A stretch of DNA of 50,626 nucleotides from Seison nebaliae. Its lineage: Eukaryota. The notes below the pieces were generated by a model. It ran no database searches. It had not been told where the DNA came from and saw only the letters and a program-made list of their open reading frames with translations. Of the stretch, positions 34,301-44,380 are shown one piece after another. The translations under genes were made by a program, and so were the position numbers. Within the stretch, counting starts at the first letter, position 1. Every line of letters begins with the position of its first letter. The stretch covers positions 1 to 50,626 of the forward strand of contig JALJEE010002538.1 of the NCBI GenBank assembly GCA_023231475.1. Direction: 5' to 3'.

Positions 34301-36099
34301 AATAGTCGTCGCCATCGTGGATGATGGAAACTTGGTGTAGCTGTGATATGATAACCTTGAGAGAGGACTAACATTCGATGTACGTATAACTGTTCATTAG
34401 GCGGCTGTTCTTTTGAATAAAAAACCGCCTCCCAATCATTAAGCCAACCTTTTTCGATTCCACCTCTTGGCATTCGGTTCGTGTCAATCAATGCGTCAAA
34501 AAAGTAGCACCGATTGTGTCTATTTATCTTTTCAATATAACAGTCTTTGGCAACCGGAGGTTCCATTCGACCCAGTCGCGGATCTATATTTACATCATTC
34601 AAATGCAAATCTGGAGCAATATCAATAACATGAAAACGGTTCCGTGCAAACAACACATTCACATTCTTCAAATTTACATAATCGTAATAGCCATTTCGAC
34701 ATGAGTCTGGATTATCATCTGGTTGCATTACAATTCTTGACGCCGGTTCATTGTTGTCATGTAGGGACGACGTATGGACTAAGCGAGGAATTCGCGAATT
34801 TTCTTTCTCCATCGTCTGAATGTGTTTCATGTATACATCGAGTTTGGAGAAAACGAGTTCTCGTTTCAAATGACCTGGTGCCACTTCCACATGTCTCTTC
34901 AATTCATCGACATGCTGATAATATGGTGGTCTGGGAACGGCCGGATCATGATAAGGTAGACATCGACCACTTCGATTTCGATATCCTACAAATTCATTTC
35001 TGAATGGCACGTGACCTGCCCCTTGGGGATTATAGACATCTGAAATTTGATTATAAAGTTCCCGTTTGAGAACCGGACTTCGTTTGGTAGTTGTTAGCAT
35101 TTGGGGTGATTTCGGTTTATCAGCAGTCGGTTCTTCCGTGATGCCTTGTAACATTTGTTCGAGTTCGTCCATATTAAACAAATCCTCTCCAAATTGCGCA
35201 CCTCCACCTTCCCGTTGTTTCCGAAGGTTGTCCATGAATTCCTGCACATTCACTTCTTCCTGTTGTTTCGTTTCTTCTCCACTCGAATCGATCAGCAACG
35301 TTTTATCCGCTTTATTTTTGACGGGCGCCAATAATTCTTCCTGGAGTTTTCGTTGATCTTCCGTCAAAAATTGCGGTTGAACGAAATCACCAGGTGCCCG
35401 CGACGGAGGCTCATCGTCTGGAAATTGAAAATTGGCGATATCTGGAGCAATCAATCCAAGTCCACCAGGTGGTGGTTGAGGTTCCGCCGCTGCAGGTGGT
35501 TGTGGTGGTGGCGGTTGAGTTGTGGTTGTTGTAGTTGGTCGTCCAAAACCGATCGGTTCAAGCGGTTGGAAAGCTGGTCTTTGTTGTGCTTGAAGATTGT
35601 AAGCAGGTTGTGGATAAATTCTCGGATCATATCGACCTTGTTCTTGTCGTTCATATCCGGTGCGCATCGTCCCTGATGGGAATATACCACGTGACATTGG
35701 ATAGCTTGGTTGATTTGGGATATTTTGCATTCGCATATCTCTTCCATAATCTCCACCATATGGTGGTCCTCGTGATGTTGAAACGAAGCCCACACCACGA
35801 TGTCCAGCCATATGTGGTTGTTGTTGATGTGGATAACCGCCGAATTGTCGATCGGTTGATTGTCCTTGTTGATTGTAGTATTGTGGGGGTGGTTGATGCG
35901 GATCGAACATTCGATGTTCCAAATGTTGATTTCTAGCCTGCCAATTTGATGGTTGGCCTGCACTTCCGATCATTCCGAATTGGGAACGTCCTGGTGGCAT
36001 CGGTTGAGGAAGTTCATAGTCGTTTGGTCGCCTGAAAGGACCAGGTTGATCAAAATAACCTGTCCTGTCTGATCGACCCTGTCCGTACCTCGGATCCAT
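31367..36099 (-). CDS. Large divergent AGC-like Ser/Thr protein kinase, about 1545 aa, 3 exons (introns 33952-33992, 33557-33610)
   Basis: Spliced domain has LSSGGYGTV, VVLK, ERNTL, HSDFKTGN, DYG, GTPRFIAPE, DYYALG and the AGC-like FLDGVDW tail. Exon lengths sum to a multiple of three. Confidence 0.9.
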
Positions 36100-36416
36100 A
36101 TACAAGTCAGTGGAAATTAAATTAAAAAAAAGAAAACAAATTCAAATAGGAAAAAATAGGAGTTAACTTAATTCTCGTTTGCTTTCATCATTCATTTCGA
36201 GTTAGTAATATAACGAAAACGTTGTGTAACTACATATTTCTCTTTTCAATTTTCCACTTTTCAAACTGCTCAACAGGAAAACAACTTTTCAAACAGCTAA
36301 ACAGCAAAACAACTTTTCGGCGTGTTAATTTATTGTTGAGGAAGAAATAGTTTAGAAGGAAATCAAATACATTTAAGAAGAATTATTATTAAATGATCTA
36401 GAGTACAATGAAGTGT

Positions 36417-39204
36417 TTATAATTCACAAATAAAGTGTGGCAGTCCGTTGGGATCCACAATTCCGCTACTTATCGTTTTCTCATAATCCGATTCGCTTGG
36501 AAGATGTTTGCAGAATGTCTCGAAATCCTTAGTCACCTTCTCCTTCATCAAATCACCGCCATAACGACAATAATGTCGGATGAATCGTTCCAATTCCGAT
36601 GTCATCGGTCGACAATATCGTAGCCATAAATTCTTATCGTTCAAATAAATGTAATTGACATTCGGTTGAATCGGGTACGAATATCCCAACCGAATTTGTC
36701 TTACCGTATTGACGTGAACGTGATCCAATCCCTCGTTGTATTGAGGACACATCACTTTATTGTCCGTCCGTTCAATGGACAACGTTCGGGGGAAAAGGAA
36801 ATTCTTTTTATCGTAATAAACTAACTTATCCGTCACTTCGTAGTCGGGATTGTTGAGTTGATAGACAGTTGGTGCTTGTTCGTTCGAATAGATAACATCG
36901 GAATAATTCAGGTTTTTACAAATAATCTGCGGGAAATCGGTTTTGTGAGTTCCTTCGGGATCCAACTGATTATAATCATATCGAAGTCGTGAACATAATT
37001 TGAGATAGCCTTCTGGTGCCGCTTCAACATATTGGCCCGACTGTAAGAGAGCCCATTTAGTGCCAGAAAACGTACTAAATGTCTTAAGCTTATCAAAACT
37101 ATAAATAAATAATTAAAATTTCATATAAAATTTCAAATAGAATTTCAAATGGAAATGACTAACCAGCACAGACGTTCCATGGGATGAGGTTTACACAGTA
37201 ACTGAATTAGAGTCTTCACACTGTTCGGTACGAACATTCCTGGTAAGTTGAAATCGAGAGCCTCCAGATAGAGGAAAACCTCGTCCCAGGGCGCCAATAA
37301 TTCGGGATTGAACAAAGTCGTATAGAAGATTTGTGAGAGAATAATTCCCAAATTATAGAAATCGTTCAAATAATTATATCCACCAAAAATCGTTGTGAAA
37401 TGTTTCTCGGCCGATCTGTTGGCTAATGTGCCGGTGGCATAAATCGATCGGAATTTTATGGGTCGTGACGAATGGAAATTACTCAAACAAATCTTTCCGC
37501 TCGAATAAACCAGAATATCAGACAAGCTCAAATCGTTGTGACAGACATCGAAGGAATGAAGTTGCTCGAGACCGACGACTATCATGGAGAAAATATGCGT
37601 TAGATATTCGGTATTGACGAGGACGTTGAAATCCCAAAGATTCTTTATTGGACACCCCCCATTATTCTTCCGATAATTTATGAGGAATTGGTGCAAATTG
37701 CCACAATCCGCCCACTCCAATGCGATGTATCGATATTTCCCATCACTATCTATCCATAACGGTTCCACCAAATACGGTGTCACTTTGTTCATACTCTTCA
37801 CCAAATTCTTCTCGTTGTGGTAGTAACAACATAATTTTTTCCATGCCGTCGGATTCTCCACCAATTTACTGGTACCATATCTGGTTCTGGCACTAGCCAG
37901 GAAACGTTCCTTCTTCTCCAATCGAATCATAATTGGAAAATATTCATTATCATAATTTGAGATCGTTCGACACAATATATAATATCCATAGGCGTTTTTA
38001 CTAAGAACGCCGTAAATGCCGAGAATGTTCTGGCGAACGAAAACGGTATTTCGATTGATGATATTATCATTGTTAGTGATGGAAGGAAAAAATGATTCGT
38101 CTAACACGTCCAACAATTTCAAGGCAATTCGACTTTGGGGTCGTTTACGACCGGCGAGGAATCGATTTCTTACAACGATCCTCACCACTTTCGGTGTTAT
38201 TAACGAGAAAACGAGTCGTTCAAGATCCGTCAGAAATTTGGAAGGATAATAAATGTTGACATTCGTATCGATATTCTTCGTCACATAGACGTTGATGGAA
38301 GTCTCAAGATGATTGGGCAATAAGAGCATTCGAGAAACTTTGGGAAATTTGGGTGGTATTTCAAAATGGAAATAACCAGCTCGCCACGGATGGACGTCGT
38401 TGTTGAAGAGACCTTGATAGGAATAAAGTTTTGGCGCTCCATAATAACAATCGAGGAAGTATTTCCGGTTATATTCATTGATCGGTTCGAATCGATCTTC
38501 AAATTTCGTATGTTCAATTTTTATGAATCTCTTTTTTCCCTTCCGACTACTCGTTGGTTTGTTCGTCGTTTGCACTTTGGCACATAGTGCGGGTGTTGTG
38601 CCACATTGTTCGGTTGGTGTGGGTTGAGTGTTTGTGTCGTTGGCGGAGGGACGTGGATATGTCAAAGGTACTGGCGATTCGTGACCAGCACCTGCTTGTT
38701 CTAATGTCTCTTTCCATTTCTTCATCTGGAATGGTGAGACGGCACATGGTCGTCTCTCCAGTTTCAACAAAGGAATGAATCGATGGAAATCGGATGAAAA
38801 CGGAGTATTGGGTAGTAATATGTTGAGTTGGTCGGAGGAATAATCGATCATCTCTTCCGGTGTCAAATAAGCCACATTGTCAGATAACGCTACACTTTTC
38901 GATTTAGTTTGTGAATTTAACGTTCTCTGTGTTCCTACGTTACGCGTGTTCGTCTGCAGGTTTTCCGCGCCAACATTGTCGCTCACAACTGGCGAAGGTT
39001 CGTTTATATTCAACGCCACTTCGTCATTTCTACCATTCTTTAATGGAGTGTCTTTAAAAGTGGTCGAATAACCGTTACTATTTAATAGCTTAGCCAGCTC
39101 GTCAGTGTTACCTCTATGAGCCGTAGTAGCTATTGCTCCTTCTGTAGAATGAAAGTTAAGGTGAATTTTCACACGAATCGTAAAGAACAACTTTTAGATT
39201 GCAT
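36417..39204 (-). CDS. Pseudokinase paralogue of the adjacent kinase, about 890 aa, 3 exons (introns 39142-39191, 37099-37163)
   Basis: Colinear with the neighbouring kinase, but the G-loop is LSKNAYG, the beta-3 Lys is Arg (IMIR), the catalytic loop is HNDLSLSD, DFG is NFH and APE is SAE. The reading frame is intact. Confidence 0.85.
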
Positions 39205-40144
39205 ATTAGATATAGTGCCCTCTCAAATAAAAGGAACAAGAGAAGAATAATAAACAGAACAAAATAGAAAAAAAACAAATAAATTGACTTTTTCGGTTTT
39301 ATTAATAACTTATGTTCATCATTTCTTTTTCTTATTTTTCCATTCGATTTTACCACAATCCACTCAAACTTCTTCCAAACATCGTTCTTCCAATTCCATT
39401 CCTTCTCCCAAAAATCTGCCTCCGAGCGACACATTCATTTAAAATGGAAACTTATTTAAATTTATGTAATACTTATTTCATATAATTAATACCAGTTTTT
39501 TTCTTCAAAAAACCGTTTGAAAAACTGAAGACAAATTCAAATTGTCACTTCGCTAATCCGTTTTTCCATTATCATTCTTTAACGTTAATTCAATCAATTT
39601 TCTACATTCCATCCCTTATTTCCCTTCGGAATTTTAGTTCGGTAGTTTCATAAAACAACAACAACAAAAACAATATTCAAATTGATCTTTTTATTATGAG
39701 GGATGATTGAAATTGAGAATTTGATTTTTTGTGTTTAATTTAAATTTTAATAAATAATGATCGATCGTGAAGTAACGTGAAGATGGTGAATATGAAAATC
39801 CGGTGGAAGAACCGTTGATACTAGAAAACCGTTTATGATGATTTTTCTTGCAAAAATTTTAATAGTCTTTATTGAATAGATTATGAAACTTTTTTGAATT
39901 TTATTATACTTTTTAAAAATGTAACACAAATGAAAAATGAGAGGAAATGAAATGAAAATATTTACAAACATAATTTAAATTGAATCGAAGTGACGAAATA
40001 AAAATAACAATAAAAGTTCATTAACAATTTTTCATTTGAGAGAGAAGACAATTTGAAAGTGAATTCTCGATTGGACAGGAAACTAACAATAGTTGTAAGA
40101 GAATAAAGGGAAATTATTTAAGAACAATATATATTTGATGCATT

Positions 40145-42394
40145 TTAATTTTTCTTCTTTTCTTCCAACGTTTGTTGTGGTTCTTCTTCTTTGTTCGATT
40201 TATCATTTGTGAACGATTGACCATATTCATTTACACGTTTCTTATCCGTATCGTAAATGCTGTTTATCATTTTATATCAATTTAAAGAGACAAGAAAGAA
40301 AGTGAACTAGTATTGGTAGAGGAAAATGACGAAAACGATATCGTCTCGGAAACATGCCAATCGATGTGACGTCGGCATGGATAATATAGTGGCATAGACA
40401 TCGTCGATAATCGTGTTGAACCCTTTATACAGGAACACTCGGATTGGTAGATGAGCAACAGATTTCAACTATCCCAAAATAAATATTTGAAAAATTAATT
40501 GAAAAGAAGAACTTTGTAATTCAAGAACACTTGTGGTAACATGAAGAGAAATCCGAAATAATACACCATATGTACCAGACTAGTCACTGTCCAAGAATAC
40601 CAACTAATTTGAATATAATTTAAGGATATATGGAAGATAATTTTAATAAGATTTTGAATATAATTTAAGGATAATTTTAAGAGTATTGTGAATATAATTT
40701 AAGGATAAGTAGAGGATAAAAATTTAAACGAAATACTCACCTTTTCTGTGGATAATAAAGTAAAGAATAAACTGCACTTCCAATGCACAGCGGAATGATG
40801 AGATAGAATAATTTGTTGATCATTTCCGAATCGAAATTTTCAGAAGCATTTTCCGCATTCGATTTCTCTCCCAACTGATCAATAGAAAATGATGATGATA
40901 AAGATGAAAAATAATTAAAGAAAACTTTCATATAGAAAAAGGGGAATTTGGATGATAATTTGAAGGAGATCTTCATCGCTTTCATCAACTTCCAAATCTC
41001 CACCACTATCCCAACGAACAAGGGAATGATGACCAGATATGACGACAACGAATCGATGAGATGGAGAAGAATGATCGTTTGACTGATGACACGCCAAATA
41101 ACTAGATAATTTTCGATTAGAAACGAGCAGATTTTCTCAACTAACTTGTTCGTAATGAAATTCCCACCATCGACGATTGATTCCTCCAATAATTTATATC
41201 GTTCTTGAATGCCAATACATCGAGTAACATCTACGAATATTTTCCATTAATTTGAAAATTTGCAGGAAAATAATTGAACATGTATAATCATAATTAGGAC
41301 GGAAATGAATAGGATGTAGACGTTGTTGAAGGTGAGAAGATCTCTCACTTCCTTCAGAGCGTCTTCCTTAATACCCAATTCCTTCATTGCCGGAATATTT
41401 GAGTCCATCGATGACCAGAATTCGAATTGTGGCACATTCATTCGACGGAAATGTAAAGTGAAATTAATTTGATTAGAATCTAAAATCTGAAAGAAAAAAA
41501 AAACCATCAAAAATTAATTAATGATGGAATTAGGATTAATGAGGAACTTGGAGATATGATGGATGATGACGGAAAATTTCCTTCTCAATAATCGGTAAAT
41601 ATTTACCAGATGAATCGATTTTCAAATGTGGATGAATGGAACGAGGAACGGCGGTTAGATCGATGACAAATTCAGGATTTGAAATGAATCGGAATGGAAT
41701 TTTATTCCAATAATGAGTGTAAATGACATCGGGCTCATTGAATGAATCGATCGTTTTCAATAGATTCTTCTTCTTCTTGATCAATTGATATTTGGAGAGA
41801 TCTAAATTGAAGTAAATTCGATCATGATAATCGCTCGGCGTTTTCAATTTATTTATCGTTCGTTTTTTTTTCATTTCGCTGAAACGTTTCTCTCTGAAAC
41901 ATTTCTTCATAAATTTCGGATAGAGACCACTCTCGTGCATGAACAGATGAAGATTAATCGTTCCATTCTCTCTAGAGATGTGGGAAATGTTTTTCTTTGT
42001 GAATTCTCTAAAATGATCAAAATTAAAAAAAAAACGGAAATGGAAAAATATGATTGGGAACAATAGAAAATCATTTTGTGACGAATTGAATATCTCCAAA
42101 TTCTTCATTATGATATCCGAGCAATTACAATCCTTACCGATCTTTGTTGAATGAGTAATACAACCAGATAACTGAGAGAGAGAGAGAGAGAGAAATTTGA
42201 ATTTGGAAATAATTTCAAATAACTTGAATTAATTGTGACTCTTTCGAATAGAAGGGAAATAAACATTTGTGGTTTTTCTCTCGTTGTCGTTGGAGAGAGC
42301 ATTGTTTATAATCGAAATAATTATAAATATTCCTCAGGAATATACCCATGTAAACTAGTCCACAAAAAAGGATGAATTTTGTGGAGAGTGACAT
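40145..42394 (-). CDS. CLPTM1L: CLPTM1-like ER membrane protein (lipid scramblase family), about 8 exons
   Basis: MSLSTKFILFCGLVYMG N-terminal TM, ENGT, VEIWKL, YSLLYYPQKR, FMLPQVFLNYK|LKSVAHLP, HRLACFRDDIVFVIFLYQ, RVNEYG, and a C-terminal KKKN* (KKxx motif). Confidence 0.9.
40611..40707. repeat. Three direct copies of GAATATAATTTAAGGATA inside a CLPTM1L intron
   Basis: Copies begin near 40611, 40656 and 40690. Confidence 0.85.
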
Positions 42395-42593
42395 TTCTCC
42401 TTTTGTTTTAGGAAAGTTTACGAATATAATTTTATTAGAATTTTAAAATTCTCTCGAATTCCTCATGAAATAATTCGGGAGACGAGTAAACAACGAATTA
42501 TGATATCGAAATGGAGAGATAGATGATTCTGTTAAAACGAAAAAAGAAAATTAAAGAATAAATAGAATTATGGAATAGACGCGTAAATGAATG

Positions 42594-43691
42594 TCATTCT
42601 TCGAATGTGATCTGTCCCGGACCTCCTTTATTCATCCATCGACGGAAAGTTTTATATTTACCACTTTGAATTAATTTCTGTTTATTTTTCTCTTCGTGTG
42701 ATTTGTGCCATTCTTCATGTACATCCGATTTCCATAATTCCAATTTAAAATATTGAAATTTGTCCTCTTTGCTAAATGCATCCCAGACACGTTGTGGGAT
42801 ATTGAGATGATTCCGAATCAACAAACTTTTCTCCTCCTCGTCCAATTCTCGTTTCAATATCAATCGACGATAATACCATCTGATGATCGAGTAGACGTAA
42901 AGTATGAAGATAAAGGGAAGATAGGCGAGTTGAACGAGCAAGAAATCCTTCCACGTCGGACGGAAGAGATTGTTATGTTTGAGGAATTCTTGACGGAAAA
43001 TTTCGTCATTCTCATTTAAATTTTCTCGAATCTCTTTCGAAATCTGATTAAATTGACTCATCAAATGAACTTTCTCTTCGACAATCACATACAAAATATG
43101 TTCCTCGTTGAATCGAGCGTCTTCTTTCGATAATTCTTTTCGTCGAATTTTCCGTCTGATATCGTCGTCATTAATGAGATTTAACTCCTTCGCTATTTGA
43201 CTGGCCACACGTCGATATTTCGGAACGGCCACCATTCCTTTGATTTTCAATCGATATCGATTCTTAATCAAATAAAAATGAATGACAGAAATACAAATCA
43301 ATGTTCCCACAATCACATATCGAATATCGACTTTTGGTGATAATCGTCGTTTGTAATATCGATAATAATGATAATAATATTCTTCCGGATTGTCCAACAT
43401 TTGATCATAATCAGCTCGTTGATCTTCGTCATTCAACACTTCATACGCCGTTGCTATCCGACGGAATTGGAGTGTCGCTTTCTCTTTATCTTCTTTCGTT
43501 CGGAATCGATCGGGATGCCATTTCTTTGCGAATTTCCTGTAAGCCTTTGCGATCTCCGAACGACTCGATTCACGTTTCAATTCGAGAATCTCATAACAAT
43601 TCTCCTCGCCACAATACAAGTCTTGAATGAAACATTCACTCCATATCACACAACACATGAAGAAGAGAAAAGTCAAGAGACAACTCTTCAT
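42594..43691 (-). CDS. DNAJC25: DnaJ homolog subfamily C member 25, intronless
   Basis: Signal peptide, LYCGEENCYEIL, J-domain with HPD, YYHYYRYY..RLSPKVD, two TM segments and C-terminal RRWMNKGGPGQITF. Confidence 0.93.
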   Translation of the reverse strand: MKSCLLTFLFFMCCVIWSECFIQDLYCGEENCYEILELKRESSRSEIAKAYRKFAKKWHPDRFRTKEDKEKATLQFRRIATAYEVLNDEDQRADYDQMLDNPEEYYYHYYRYYKRRLSPKVDIRYVIVGTLICISVIHFYLIKNRYRLKIKGMVAVPKYRRVASQIAKELNLINDDDIRRKIRRKELSKEDARFNEEHILYVIVEEKVHLMSQFNQISKEIRENLNENDEIFRQEFLKHNNLFRPTWKDFLLVQLAYLPFIFILYVYSIIRWYYRRLILKRELDEEEKSLLIRNHLNIPQRVWDAFSKEDKFQYFKLELWKSDVHEEWHKSHEEKNKQKLIQSGKYKTFRRWMNKGGPGQITFEE

Positions 43692-44380
43692 TCTTTAAAC
43701 GATGAACACCGTACAAGTTTTGAACGGAAAAATGAAAAAGAAATATTATCTTCTCACACTTTACAACACTCTCTTTTTATATCAAATTGTGCCGTGGCAA
43801 AAGACAAATCCGCTTTTCTTCCTAACCCCATCACTCTCCACTCTCCATCTCTCCAAACACATTTAATACATATTACATTTCCAATTTTTGGCTTTTGCCA
43901 TTCCACATTCTCCATTACATACGTGCCACTCGGCATATGCAATTGAAATTTAACGAGCCCCATTTAAAACTACCAAAATGAGCTGTTGCGATGGGGAAAT
44001 TGAACTTTTTTTTCCACGAATAAATTCCTTTTAAAACTCTTTTTAATTTTTTAAGCAAGTCATTTTCAGTCTTCTACCTCCACCTCCACAAACTCAATTA
44101 AATTCTTTTAAATTATTTCAAAAAATTATTAATAATTCTCATTTCCATAAATGATGATAATTAATTTAATTTCTATCAAATTTTCTCTCTTACATTATCA
44201 GTAAAATTATTATGAGAAATGATTATTATATTTCCATCATAAACATCAGATTTTTTTTTGAAAATATTAAAATTATAAATCTTCCAACAAACCGTATATT
44301 ATAAAGTTATGAATGTTTAGAAATATCGGTCGTATTTTTTATATGACAGGGAAAAATGTGAAAAATTTGAATGAAAAAAT

